Of a DNA stretch of 64,000 nucleotides, positions 44,371 through 54,064 are shown piece after piece. Made by a program: the position numbers and the translations under genes. Within the stretch, counting starts at the first letter, position 1; every line of letters begins with the position of its first letter. This stretch comes from Eubacteriales bacterium (lineage in GTDB: Bacteria > Bacillota > Clostridia > Oscillospirales > CAG-272). The notes under the pieces are model-generated. The model was not told the DNA's origin and searched no databases. It worked only from the letters and a program-made list of their open reading frames with translations. The stretch covers positions 126,362 through 190,361 of the forward strand of contig DBFVEH010000021.1 in the NCBI GenBank assembly GCA_048526005.1. Direction: 5' to 3'.

Positions 44371-44847
44371 TTATGTGTTTTCTTTCGGTTTGCAGACGTC
44401 GATCCACCCGTCCGCATGGGAAAGACGGAAAATCTCGTCCGGGGTGAGCTCGACCGCGCTGTTGCTGCTGCCGCACGCAGGGAATACCGTATCGAAGCGT
44501 TTTAAGGATTCGTCCAAATATATGGAGACGCCGTCGTTCACCGCGAACGGACATACGCCGCCGACCGCGTGTCCGATACGGGAAGCCGCCGCGTCGGGCG
44601 CCAGCATTTTCGCTTTGACATGAAACCGTGCTTTATATTTCGCGTTGTCGATTTTGGTATCGCCTGCACATACGATGAGAAGATAGGCTCCGTCCGCCTA
44701 GAAAGACAGCGTTTTCGCGATTCTGGCGGGCGCGGTTCCAAGAGCCGCGGCGGCCAGCTCCACCGTGGCGCTGGAAACGTCAAATTCCATGATTTTATCG
44801 GCAATGCCGAGCGTGTCGAAATAAGCTCTTACTTTTTCAATGGACAT
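44371..44847 (-). pseudogene. YbaK/EbsC-type aminoacyl-tRNA (Cys-tRNAPro-type) deacylase interrupted by one in-frame TAG at codon 50
   Basis: Own translation: MSIEKVRAYFDTLGIADKIMEFDVSSATVELAAAALGTAPARIAKTLSF*ADGAYLLIVCAGDTKIDNAKYKARFHVKAKMLAPD..GHAVGGVCPF... TAG is the rev-comp of cta 44698-44700. Frame is continuous, 158 codons, GGGAGA SD. Confidence 0.7.
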
Positions 44848-44865
44848 ATCCGTTTTCTCCCGAAT

Positions 44866-45717
44866 TCATACGGTGACGCCGATCAGATCGAAAAGGATTC
44901 CGACAAACAGTCCGGAGCCGTAAACGACTGCGGTGATCAGCAAATTTTCCTTTATATTTTTGTTGATTCTGAACAGGATGAGCAGTCCCACGCCGGAGCC
45001 GGCGAGAAGTCCCGCCATCATGGAGCCTGTGCTGATGATGCCGTCCAAAAACAGCTCTGTCAGAACGACGGACGCCGCGCAGTTGGGAATGAGGCCGATA
45101 AGTCCGCACACGACGGGGCCTAAGATTTTGGCATTCGCCGCAAGAGATGCAATCTGTTCTTCGCCGACAAAGTAGATGATGACGCCGACGGCAAGGGAAA
45201 AGAGAAAGATGAAAAGCGTGATCTGCGCCGTATGGACGAGGGAAGAGCGCAGGATCCCCTTTTCACAGTGACAGTGTTCTTCCTCACAGATGTGGGAGAT
45301 ATCGCTTTTCTGCGGCGTTTTTTTGCACAGTCTAAGGATGAGATCGGCGATGAATCCGATGAGAATGCCGCATACGACTTTGATTCCGACGAGAATTAGA
45401 ATCCGGGAAACGGATGCCTTCTCCGAGAGCATGACGGGGAGCATTTCATCCGACGTTGAAAGGAAAATCGCGATCAGCGTGCCGACCGAGATGATGCCGC
45501 CCGAATACAGATTGGCGGCGGAAGCGGAAAAGCCGCACTGGGGAACGGCGCCGAGCAGGCCTCCGACCGCCGGGCCAAACATACCGGCCTTTGCCGCCGC
45601 GGCTTGCGTTTTCTTTGCCGCCTTATGCTCGATCCATTCGAGAATCAGATAGGTCACGAAGAGGAACGGAATCAGCTTTGCGGTATCGATCAGCGCGTCA
45701 AGTAATACATCAAGCAT
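44866..45717 (-). CDS. Polytopic membrane protein, putative metal (manganese/arsenic-type, ArsP_2-like) transporter
   Basis: ORF trimmed to MLDVLLDALIDTAKLIPFLFVTYL. Internal Cys/His cluster ICEEEHCHCEKG. Two homologous halves with PQCGFSA / PNCAASV motifs. Confidence 0.55.
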   Translation of the reverse strand: MLDVLLDALIDTAKLIPFLFVTYLILEWIEHKAAKKTQAAAAKAGMFGPAVGGLLGAVPQCGFSASAANLYSGGIISVGTLIAIFLSTSDEMLPVMLSEKASVSRILILVGIKVVCGILIGFIADLILRLCKKTPQKSDISHICEEEHCHCEKGILRSSLVHTAQITLFIFLFSLAVGVIIYFVGEEQIASLAANAKILGPVVCGLIGLIPNCAASVVLTELFLDGIISTGSMMAGLLAGSGVGLLILFRINKNIKENLLITAVVYGSGLFVGILFDLIGVTV

Positions 45718-45748
45718 GTTTTCACCTTGTTTACAGAATAATGCTTCT

Positions 45749-45777
45749 ATTTTACAGATTCTTGTCCGTTTTGTCAA
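45749..45777 (-). promoter_or_regulatory. Sigma-A-type promoter
   Basis: Minus strand: TTGACA (45777-45772), 17 nt spacer, TAAAAT (45754-45749). Confidence 0.4.
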
Positions 45778-45842
45778 GAATCAGACGCTCGGAAAGCATT
45801 AAAATTTGCGGACTACACGAGCGTATTGATATTTTTGAACAG

Positions 45843-45874
45843 AAAAAATCCTCGCCGGCTTTATGGCGGCGAGG
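45843..45874 (-). terminator. Intrinsic terminator
   Basis: Minus strand: atcctcgcc-N9-ggcgaggat followed by TTTTTT. Confidence 0.55.
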
Positions 45875-45886
45875 ATTTTATTCGGC

Positions 45887-46807
45887 TCAAAAAATTTTTT
45901 CCGCCAGCGCGTCGAGCGACTCGTTGGAAAATTCTTCGATTTGGATATCCGGCGTCAGCGTCCATGTTTCCGCATGGACGATCGTTTCCCCTTTTTTTAT
46001 GGTTTTCATTTCGGAGAGCGATTCCGCTTCGGTGAAAAGCTCGCAGGCATAAGCCTCGCAGGAGCAGCCGTAATCGGGATAAAGACCGTTTGGATGATTT
46101 ACGGCGTAGGCTTTGACCAGCGCCTGCCCGTGATTGACGTAGGCGATTTTTCCCGCCGTATTGTTGATGCCGAATTTGATGCTTTTTTTGATGTCGGGAT
46201 CTTGGCGCAGGGCGATGTACCGGTCGCCCCAAAAGATTCGGGGATCCGTCATTTCCGTATACGGCCAGAGCGCGAGCACGCGGTTGGCAAGCAGTCCCGT
46301 ATTCTCGGCGGGCTGCGGTACGATGACGGCGCCGTTTTTATCCATGACGGAAAGGCACCAGCAGGCGCCGGTGACGGGATCCTTTTTCGTGTTTTTGACG
46401 GTATGCGTCACCGTGAACCTCGGTTCCGTCTCGTCCATGGAGATGCTCATGGAAAATTGCAGTCCGGTAACGGCTTGGACAGGCGGGTCGAAAACGGCGC
46501 CCGTCTGATTGACGGAATAGACGACCTTTTCGCAGTCGGGATAGTATGTTTCGGGATATTTTTCAGGGGACAGCCACATTCTGTGACCGCCGTAGATGTA
46601 CCAGAATTTTCCCTCGCCGAACACGGAGGAAATATCCTCCGCTTTTTTGCGTTCGATGTCCTCGAACATGAGGTTTTCCTTGCCCAAGAGATTGCATTTG
46701 ATGATGCGGGGACCGATATCGATGGTGACATAAATCTCCATGGAATCATTGGCGATGGAAAGGCATTTTCCGAAATTTTTATAAGTGGTTTCCTTGATAG
46801 AAATCAT
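45887..46807 (-). CDS. Hypothetical cytoplasmic protein (306 aa), family not recognised
   Basis: ORF 45887..47143 trimmed to ATG 46807 (AAAGGA upstream), because the upstream part overlaps nrdR and its terminator. Sequence MISIKETTYKNFGKCLSIAND... Confidence 0.55.
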   Translation of the reverse strand: MISIKETTYKNFGKCLSIANDSMEIYVTIDIGPRIIKCNLLGKENLMFEDIERKKAEDISSVFGEGKFWYIYGGHRMWLSPEKYPETYYPDCEKVVYSVNQTGAVFDPPVQAVTGLQFSMSISMDETEPRFTVTHTVKNTKKDPVTGACWCLSVMDKNGAVIVPQPAENTGLLANRVLALWPYTEMTDPRIFWGDRYIALRQDPDIKKSIKFGINNTAGKIAYVNHGQALVKAYAVNHPNGLYPDYGCSCEAYACELFTEAESLSEMKTIKKGETIVHAETWTLTPDIQIEEFSNESLDALAEKIF

Positions 46808-46841
46808 ACCAGGTATCCTTTCAAAAATGATGTTATCTATA

Positions 46842-46867
46842 TAAAAACGGCGGAAGCGTCCCGCCGT
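46842..46867 (-). terminator. Intrinsic terminator after nrdR
   Basis: Minus strand: aacggcgg-N7-ccgccgtt followed by TTTTT. Confidence 0.5.
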
Positions 46868-46899
46868 TGATTGCGGTATCGATGAAAGAAACCGGGATT

Positions 46900-47370
46900 C
46901 TATTTCAGGCCTTGTTCTTTTTCGTTTTTCAGTACTTCCAGCTCGCGCATGAAAGTTTCGAGGTCCTTGAATTCCCTGTAAATAGAGGCAAAGCGCACAT
47001 ATGCCACATCGTTGATCGCTTTCAGCTTTTCCATGACAAGCACGCCGATGCGCTTGGAGGAAACCTCGCGAGTGAGTGAATTTTGAAGCTCGGTCTCGAT
47101 TTCGGAGGCGAGATTTTCCATCTGCTCCATGGTGACCGGGCATTTATAGCAGGACTTCATAACGCCGGCGAGCAGCTTCGATTTGTCGAAGACCTCGCGG
47201 GTATTGTCCTTTTTTACAACGATAAGCGGCAGACTTTCGATCACCTCATAGGTGGTGAAACGATTTTGGCATGACAGACATTCTCGTCTGCGGCGTATGC
47301 TGGAGCCCTCTTCTGTCGGGCGGGAATCGATCACCTTGCTTTCGGTGTATCCGCAGACGGGACATTTCAA
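46900..47370 (-). CDS. nrdR: Transcriptional repressor NrdR
   Basis: MKCPVCGYTESKVIDSRP..CLSCQNRFTTYE zinc ribbon plus ATP-cone. TTG start 9 nt after GGAGG. Confidence 0.9.
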   Translation of the reverse strand: MKCPVCGYTESKVIDSRPTEEGSSIRRRRECLSCQNRFTTYEVIESLPLIVVKKDNTREVFDKSKLLAGVMKSCYKCPVTMEQMENLASEIETELQNSLTREVSSKRIGVLVMEKLKAINDVAYVRFASIYREFKDLETFMRELEVLKNEKEQGLK

Positions 47371-47654
47371 GATAAGCAGCCTCCACGAACTGAATTTGAT
47401 ATCTTCTCCATTATTATATCACATCGTTTTTGAAATGTAAATCGTTATTCGGAAAATTTTTCATAAAATTTGGAAAGTGAAAAGGGAATGTATTCCTATT
47501 TTGTAAGCATGCAGCCACATTGTGCGGATAAAATGAGGAATCTGCCATATTTGCCAAAAAGAAACCGATGACAAATCCGAAAGAATACCGTATAATTTGA
47601 ATGAAAAACAAGCCTCAAGAATTTTATGATAATTTGTATTTTTGGAGAAGGATC

Positions 47655-47915
47655 ATGGAAAAAAGAAAGAAAAAAAGCATGAGATGTCCGAAGCTTGGCG
47701 CACGCGCGGAAAAGCTGCTGCTGATCACGCTGCCGATCGTGCTGGTACAGGCGCTTTTTACCGCGGTGTTTGTCGCCGGGAAGGATACATATGAAATCGC
47801 TGTGAATATCGATACGATCAGTCTGATGCTGGACCGGGTCGGACTCAGCCTGCTGCTTTCCATTTTGGGCAGTCTGTTTTTCGACATGCTCGAGAAGAGA
47901 GAAAAGAAGGATTGA
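47655..47915 (+). CDS. Small membrane protein, unknown function
   Basis: ORF trimmed to MEKRKKKSMR after GGAGAAGG. Two hydrophobic segments. Confidence 0.45.
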   Translation: MEKRKKKSMRCPKLGARAEKLLLITLPIVLVQALFTAVFVAGKDTYEIAVNIDTISLMLDRVGLSLLLSILGSLFFDMLEKREKKD

Positions 47916-47918
47916 GCG

Positions 47919-48581
47919 TCAGATGCCTTCGAGCACGTTCGTCAGCATTTGCGCAAATACGTCGTGCATCTCCGCTGTCGGATGGTTGATTCTGTTGACA
48001 AGGAGCTCCGTTGTATCGATTCCCGACGCATACATCGCTTTCCAGTGCGCATAGGCGTCGCAGAGGACGATGCCGTTTTCCGTGCACAGAAGCTTTGCCC
48101 GTTCCATCATGCGGTCGAATTTTCCGTCCGTCTGCGCCGCCATCGTTTTTTCCGCGACCTTGCGGGCGCAGGGAAGCGTTTGCGGGTGGAGATAGGTGTT
48201 CATCATATTCGGCGTCATGAAAACGACGGTTGGAATCGTGCTTTTCAGCTTTGCGAACATGTCGGCGAGCGCCGTTCCGAAGCGTTCCTCCGGATGCAGC
48301 GCGTCGTTCAGTCCGAAGCAGAGCACCGCGATATCGGCCGCGGACAGCATGAGCGTGCCGAGCTGTGAGCGCGCCGTATGGGCGGAATATCCGCGTTTGG
48401 CAAAATTTTCATATTCAAAGCTGAGCTCTCCGTGCTTTTGCCGGAGGGCTTTTATCGTTTTGACGGCATAGCCGTCCTCCGGACGTTTTACGGTTTCAAA
48501 GCCGTAGGAGCAGGGATAGATTTCAAAGCAGCCCTCGGTGACGCTGTCCCCGAAGAACGCGATTTTTGTGGATTTTTTCAT
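47919..48581 (-). CDS. SGNH/GDSL-family hydrolase
   Basis: ORF 47919..49244 trimmed to MKKSTKIAFFGDSVTEG (block I GDS). ..GLND.. block. The C-terminal ..NHPT.. region fits the catalytic DxxH-type block. Confidence 0.75.
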   Translation of the reverse strand: MKKSTKIAFFGDSVTEGCFEIYPCSYGFETVKRPEDGYAVKTIKALRQKHGELSFEYENFAKRGYSAHTARSQLGTLMLSAADIAVLCFGLNDALHPEERFGTALADMFAKLKSTIPTVVFMTPNMMNTYLHPQTLPCARKVAEKTMAAQTDGKFDRMMERAKLLCTENGIVLCDAYAHWKAMYASGIDTTELLVNRINHPTAEMHDVFAQMLTNVLEGI

Positions 48582-48589
48582 GATGCACT

Positions 48590-49591
48590 CTATTCCTCCG
48601 GCTGCATTTTTCGCATGTAATCCGTCAGGATCCTGACGATTTCCTCGGCGGTGGACGCCGTGTTCATCTGCCCGCGCACATGCGCGGAACCGTCCATGCC
48701 TCGGGTATAATAGGCGATGGCGGCGCGGCTTTCCGAGACGGCGACGCGTTCTCCCTTGTCCTGAAGCATGTAGGAAAAATGCAGCAGAGCTTCTTTGAGC
48801 CGTTCTTCCGGGGACGGCGGCGTGTATGGGGTGCCGGCAAGCGCGGCATGGATTTCTTCGAACAACCATGGATTGCCAAGCGCGCCGCGCGCGACGGCAA
48901 CGCCGTCGCAGCCGGTTTCGTGAAGCATCCTTATCGCGTCTTTCGCGGTGAAGATATCGCCGTTTCCGATGACGGGAATTTTCACGGCGTTTTTTACTGC
49001 GCGGATATATTCCGGATGTGTCCCGGGAGCATACAGCTCGGCGCGGGTGCGCGCGTGGATACAGAGCGCGGCGGCGCCGGACGCCTCCATCCTTTTGGCC
49101 ATGTCGACGACGTTGACCGAATGCTCGTCCCAGCCGAGGCGAAGCTTGACCGTGACGGGGGTCTCGCCGCATACCGCGGTCATCGCCTTTACGATGCGGG
49201 AAGCCTTCTCCGGCTCCCGCATCAGCGCGCTTCCGTCTCCGCATTTGACGACCTTCGGCATGGGGCAGCCCATGTTGATATCGACGGCGGCGGGCATCGT
49301 GCCGTTTTTGGCGGAAAGCTCCAGCAGGATTCCCGAAGCCTTTGCCATGGTTTCCGGCTCGCTTCCGAAAAGCTGGACCGCGCAGGGCATCTCGTCAGGA
49401 CGGATCCGGGCGAGCATCGGCGTTTTTTTGTCGCCGTAGCAGAGCGCCTTTGCGGATACCATTTCCGTTGTCATATAATCGGCGCCGTGTGCCTTGCAGA
49501 TGCGCCGAAACGCCGCATCGCTCATACCCGCCATGGGCGCAAGCCAAACGGCGCCGTATTTTTCCTTGCCGATTGAGATTTTTTTACACAT
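48590..49591 (-). CDS. dusB: tRNA dihydrouridine synthase (DusB-like)
   Basis: LAPMAGMSDAAFR..DINMGCPMPKV..TVKLRLGWD..HARTR. Confidence 0.85.
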   Translation of the reverse strand: MCKKISIGKEKYGAVWLAPMAGMSDAAFRRICKAHGADYMTTEMVSAKALCYGDKKTPMLARIRPDEMPCAVQLFGSEPETMAKASGILLELSAKNGTMPAAVDINMGCPMPKVVKCGDGSALMREPEKASRIVKAMTAVCGETPVTVKLRLGWDEHSVNVVDMAKRMEASGAAALCIHARTRAELYAPGTHPEYIRAVKNAVKIPVIGNGDIFTAKDAIRMLHETGCDGVAVARGALGNPWLFEEIHAALAGTPYTPPSPEERLKEALLHFSYMLQDKGERVAVSESRAAIAYYTRGMDGSAHVRGQMNTASTAEEIVRILTDYMRKMQPEE

Positions 49592-49843
49592 ATATCCTCG
49601 TTTAACATACAGATTGTACTGATTTTTTGCTGTCTATTCTTTATACAGAATACCGTAAAAAGCAATCGTTGTAAATAAAAATTTTAAATTCCGTATAAAT
49701 TTTATGGACGGGATGTGAATTTGAAAGTTTTCCCTTGAAATGTCTTCAAAACTATGATATATTTATAATATTATAAATATCTTTCGGGACATTATAGAAC
49801 GGCCTTTCAGCATCGAGAAAATCCGAGGAAGGGGGAGACGGGC

Positions 49844-50854
49844 ATGGGAACCGGATCCGAGCATCTATCCGGTCTGTCGGCGGAGGGCGCGCTTACCGCT
49901 GTCGAAAAAAATCTGCGCCGAACCGCCGCAGCGAGCGCTGCGGTGACGGAGAAGCGTTTTGCTCATATCAGGGAGCAGGCAGAGCTTTTTTCGCGCAGGC
50001 TCCGGCGGGAAACCGGCGGCGCGGACGTTCTTCGTGCCGTTTTGTCATTTGACGAGGCGGTGCTTATCTATCACGAGTGTTTGACCGATCCTTCCTCTCA
50101 GGATGTTCCGTTCGGAGAGGTCAATCATGCCGAAAAATCCTTTTTTCTGCGGCAGCTCGGCAGATATGACCGCTTTTATCTTTCCAAGTGCCTTGCCGAG
50201 CAAAGCGATATTCACGACTTGAAAACGATGGTCCCGCTGATTGTAGGCGAGCTTGCCGAGATCCCCTCCGGACGGGACAGGCGGGTCGCTTTCCTACGGA
50301 ACAGGCAGGCCTCGCGCGCATTTGAACGATTTGCAAAGTGTTTGGGCGGCGTTTCCGCCGTATATGAGGACAACTTTCAAAGCGCCTGCGAATCCGTCTA
50401 TACGGGAGAGACCACCTATGCGATCATTCCGACTGCCAGCACGTCGGACGGAAGGCTGAACAGCTTTTATCGACAGATGGAAAAATATGACCTGAATATC
50501 GTGCTGTCCTGCGATGTCGATTCGGACGACGGAGAAAATTCCACAACGTTCGCGCTCGTATATCGGGACAGACTGTATATTGAGACCGGGGGAGTTCCGC
50601 TCTATGAATGCAAAATCACGCTTGACCGGCAGACCGATATCGCGGATATCGCCGATGCCGCCGCATATTTCGGGGCGACGATGGAATCCGCGGAGGCGCT
50701 CCCGCTGATGTTTTCCGGCCGCACGAATGCTTTCGATATGATTTTCGGTCTCAAAAATGCCGATGCGGGCGGATTTTTCACATATCTTGCGCTGGAATAT
50801 CCGCAGACGGCCGCCGTCGGCATCTATGACAGAACAGAGAGGGCGGAACCATGA
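49844..50854 (+). CDS. Hypothetical protein; C-terminal two-thirds resemble a degenerate prephenate-dehydratase-like (PBP-fold + ACT-like) module
   Basis: RRVAFLRNRQASRAFERFA..FQSACESVYTGETTYAIIPTASTSDGRLNSFYRQMEKYDLNIV recalls PDT (VAYLGPxGTFS..A.E.V..G.ADYGVVPIENS..G.V), but the key GTFS/ENS residues are changed. Stop overlaps the ruvC start (ATGA). Confidence 0.5.
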   Translation: MGTGSEHLSGLSAEGALTAVEKNLRRTAAASAAVTEKRFAHIREQAELFSRRLRRETGGADVLRAVLSFDEAVLIYHECLTDPSSQDVPFGEVNHAEKSFFLRQLGRYDRFYLSKCLAEQSDIHDLKTMVPLIVGELAEIPSGRDRRVAFLRNRQASRAFERFAKCLGGVSAVYEDNFQSACESVYTGETTYAIIPTASTSDGRLNSFYRQMEKYDLNIVLSCDVDSDDGENSTTFALVYRDRLYIETGGVPLYECKITLDRQTDIADIADAAAYFGATMESAEALPLMFSGRTNAFDMIFGLKNADAGGFFTYLALEYPQTAAVGIYDRTERAEP

Positions 50855-51366
50855 TCATATTGGGAATCGACCCGGGAATCGCCATTGTGGGCTACGGCGT
50901 CATCGAATATCGGAATTCCGTATTCAAAACCCTTGCGATGGGCTCCATTCAGACGCCGGCTGGCATCGATGTGGAACGCCGGCTGGAGATGGTATACGAC
51001 GATATGTGCGAGCTGATCGACATGTATCGTCCCGATGAAATGGCGATCGAGGAGCTTTTTTTCAATACCAATCAGAAAACCGCGATCGCGGTCGCCGAGG
51101 CAAGGGGCGTGATTCTCCTTGCCGCCATGAAGCGGAACGTGAAAATCAGCGAATATACGCCGCTCCAAGTAAAGCAGTCCGTGGTCGGCTACGGACGAGC
51201 GGAAAAGTCACAGGTGATCGCGCTTGTGAAAATGATTCTGAAGCTGGAGCATGCGCCGAAGCTCGACGATACCGCGGACGCGCTTGCGCTCGCCATCTGC
51301 CATGCGCACTGCGGCGGCTCCAAGATTCAGGGATATTACAATCAGAAAAAACAGAAACTGCTTTGA
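50851..51366 (+). CDS. ruvC: Holliday junction resolvase RuvC
   Basis: MIILGIDPGIAIVGYGVI..EELFFNTNQKTA..DTADALALAICH. Confidence 0.9.
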   Translation: MIILGIDPGIAIVGYGVIEYRNSVFKTLAMGSIQTPAGIDVERRLEMVYDDMCELIDMYRPDEMAIEELFFNTNQKTAIAVAEARGVILLAAMKRNVKISEYTPLQVKQSVVGYGRAEKSQVIALVKMILKLEHAPKLDDTADALALAICHAHCGGSKIQGYYNQKKQKLL

Positions 51367-51384
51367 GTGAAAAGAGGATGACAG

Positions 51385-51996
51385 ATGTTCTATTATATAA
51401 AGGGCGAGCTTGTTCTGACGGAACCGGCTGCGGCCGTTATTGACTGCGGCGGCGTCGGATATAAGCTGACGATCAGCAAAAACACGCTTTCCCGCCTATC
51501 GAGGCTCGGAGAAACGGTATGCCTTTATACTTATTTTTACATCAGGGAGGAAGCGGTCGAGCTGCTCGGCTTCTATACGCTGGAGGAGCTCTCGGCTTTC
51601 AAGCTTCTCATCACGGTTTCCGGCATCGGTCCCAAGGCGGCGATGGCGGTGCTGTCCGTTCTGACGCCGGAGAAATTCGCGCTTGCGGTATCCACCGGAG
51701 ACGCAAAGGCGATCTCCAAGGCGCAGGGCGTCGGCGGCAAAATGGCGGCGCGCGTTGTGCTGGAGCTCAAAGATAAGGTGGCAAAGGAGTTTTCCTCCGA
51801 GATCGCTGCGGCGGAGCCGTCGGCCTCCGATGAGGAGGAAACGGTGATCGGAAATGTCGACGAGGCGATTACGGCTTTGATGGTTCTCGGCTATACGAGG
51901 CAGGAAGCGCAGGCGGCATTAAAGGGCATCGCGCCGCTCCTGCCGCTTGAGGATATGATCACGGCAGCGCTGCGCAAAATGGGGACGCGGCTCTGA
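51385..51996 (+). CDS. ruvA: Holliday junction branch migration protein RuvA
   Basis: MFYYIKGEL..GGVGYKL..SGIGPKAAMAVLS. Confidence 0.9.
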   Translation: MFYYIKGELVLTEPAAAVIDCGGVGYKLTISKNTLSRLSRLGETVCLYTYFYIREEAVELLGFYTLEELSAFKLLITVSGIGPKAAMAVLSVLTPEKFALAVSTGDAKAISKAQGVGGKMAARVVLELKDKVAKEFSSEIAAAEPSASDEEETVIGNVDEAITALMVLGYTRQEAQAALKGIAPLLPLEDMITAALRKMGTRL

Positions 51997-52034
51997 ACGA
52001 TTATGACGGGCGAAACAAATGACAAGGATAACGG

Positions 52035-53135
52035 ATGGCATCGGAAAGGATACGGCAGGATATGATCAACAAATTTGAGTCCCGCTATACGGACGACTAT
52101 GTGGAGGACGACAGAATCGTCGATGCGGCGGCGCACGACGAGGACAGCGAGCTCGATTTCGGCCTGCGTCCGCAGACGCTCGAGGAATATGTCGGACAGG
52201 AAAAGGCGAAGGAAAGTCTGAAAATCTATATCGAGGCCGCGAAGATGAGAGGGGAAGCGCTCGACCATGTCCTCCTGTACGGCCCTCCCGGACTGGGAAA
52301 GACGACGCTGTCCGCCATCATCGCCAATGAGCTCGGCGTCAATATCCGCGTTACCTCCGGCCCTGCCATCGAGAAGCAGGGGGACCTTGCGGCGCTGCTG
52401 ACGAATCTTGCAAAGAACGACGTGCTTTTCATCGATGAAATCCACCGCCTTTCCCGCAATATCGAGGAGATTTTGTATCCTGCGATGGAGGATTATTCGC
52501 TCGATATCATCATCGGCAAGGGACCGGCGGCGCGAAGCATCCGTCTGCCTCTCGAAAAATTCACGCTGATCGGCGCGACGACAAGAGCCGGACAGCTTAC
52601 GACGCCGCTTCGCGACCGCTTCGGCGTTCTGCTTCGCTTGGAGCTTTATACGCCGGCGGAGCTTGTCCGTATTATCCGCCGGAGCGCCGGAATCCTGAAT
52701 ATCGATATCAGCGACGACGGCGCCGCGGAGATTGCCAAACGCTCGCGCGGCACGCCGAGGATTGCCAACCGGCTGCTCAAGCGCGTCAGGGATTTCGCGC
52801 AGGTGAAGGGCGACGGGCGCATCACAGCCGAAGCGGCGGATAAGGCGCTCGGCATGCTCGAGATCGATAAGCTCGGCCTTGACAACGTCGACCGCCGCAT
52901 GCTCGAATCGATCATCCGCTTTTACGGCGGAGGCCCCGTCGGCATCGACACGCTTGCCGTGACCATCGGCGAGGAAGCGGTGACTATCGAGGACGTTTAC
53001 GAGCCGTATCTCATTCAGATCGGCTTTCTCAGCCGCACGCAGCGCGGACGCTGTGTGACAAGGCTTGCCTACGAGCATCTCGGCATCCCGTTTGCGGAGG
53101 TTCCGGCGGGAGGCGCGTCTTTTGCCGGGGAATAG
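52035..53135 (+). CDS. ruvB: Holliday junction branch migration helicase RuvB
   Basis: [35 protein letters not shown]. Confidence 0.9.
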   Translation: MASERIRQDMINKFESRYTDDYVEDDRIVDAAAHDEDSELDFGLRPQTLEEYVGQEKAKESLKIYIEAAKMRGEALDHVLLYGPPGLGKTTLSAIIANELGVNIRVTSGPAIEKQGDLAALLTNLAKNDVLFIDEIHRLSRNIEEILYPAMEDYSLDIIIGKGPAARSIRLPLEKFTLIGATTRAGQLTTPLRDRFGVLLRLELYTPAELVRIIRRSAGILNIDISDDGAAEIAKRSRGTPRIANRLLKRVRDFAQVKGDGRITAEAADKALGMLEIDKLGLDNVDRRMLESIIRFYGGGPVGIDTLAVTIGEEAVTIEDVYEPYLIQIGFLSRTQRGRCVTRLAYEHLGIPFAEVPAGGASFAGE

Positions 53136-53176
53136 CTTGCCTCTGAAAATATCGGTACTGTCAAAAGGAAAATGAT

Positions 53177-54040
53177 ATGTGGATAGCTGACAAATGGCGG
53201 GATTACGAGCTTTGCGACGCTTCGGACGGGGAGCGGCTCGAAAGGTGGAACGGATATGTTCTGCGGCGTCCCGACCCGCAGGTGATATGGAAGAATGAGA
53301 AGAGCAGTCCGCTTTGGAAAAAAGCGGACGCGGTCTATACCCGCGAGGGCGGCGGCGGACGCTGGACGAAGCTCGATGTTCCCGGAAGCTGGACGGTTTC
53401 CTACGGAAGCCTGCGCTTTAAGATTCGGCCGATGGGCTTTAAGCATACGGGGCTTTTTCCGGAGCAGGCGGTCAACTGGGACTGGTTTTCGGAGCTGATC
53501 CGGAGTGCCGGACGCCCCGTCAGGGTTTTGAATCTTTTCGCTTATACCGGCGGCGCGACGCTTGCCGCGGCTGCGGCGGGCGCGGAGGTCTTCCATGTGG
53601 ACGCGGCGAAGAATATGGTCGCCCAAGCCAAGGAAAACGCGGCGCTTTCGGGTCTTGCGGGGGCGAATATCCGATATTTCGTCGACGACTGCACCCGGTT
53701 TTTGCAGTATGCGGTCAGAAAGGGGATCCGGTATGACGCCGTGATTATGGACCCGCCGTCTTATGGGCGCGGGCCGTCCGGCGAGGTGTGGAAGCTGGAG
53801 GAATGTATCGGAGAGTTTGCCGCGCTTGCGGTGAGCGTGCTTTCCGACGATCCGCTTTTTTTCCTTTTGAATTCCTATACGGCGGGGCTGTCTCCGTCTA
53901 CGATGGGATATATTCTGAAGCTGAAGCTGGAAAAAAAGCGGGGCGGCACGGTGACGGCCGGTGAAATCGGGCTTCCGGTCACGCAGACCGGCGGGATTCT
54001 GCCGTGCGGCGCTTCGGCAAGATGGACAAAAACTCGGTGA
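53177..54040 (+). CDS. Class I SAM-dependent (rRNA-type, RlmI/RlmK-like) methyltransferase
   Basis: VLNLFAYTGGATLAAA (SAM motif I)..IMDPPSYGRG (DPPxF/Y motif IV). Confidence 0.75.
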   Translation: MWIADKWRDYELCDASDGERLERWNGYVLRRPDPQVIWKNEKSSPLWKKADAVYTREGGGGRWTKLDVPGSWTVSYGSLRFKIRPMGFKHTGLFPEQAVNWDWFSELIRSAGRPVRVLNLFAYTGGATLAAAAAGAEVFHVDAAKNMVAQAKENAALSGLAGANIRYFVDDCTRFLQYAVRKGIRYDAVIMDPPSYGRGPSGEVWKLEECIGEFAALAVSVLSDDPLFFLLNSYTAGLSPSTMGYILKLKLEKKRGGTVTAGEIGLPVTQTGGILPCGASARWTKTR

Positions 54041-54064
54041 AATCCGCGGATGGGAGCAAGGTCA

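Noticed and set aside
44698-44700. Possibility that the in-frame TAG in the ybaK-like gene reflects pyrrolysine or a reassigned genetic code.
   Set aside because: TAG clearly terminates the hydrogenase (12059-12061) and the P-type ATPase (36441-36443) at the expected protein ends. No pyl genes or CUA-anticodon tRNA are in the window. It is kept only as a pseudogene/read-through question.
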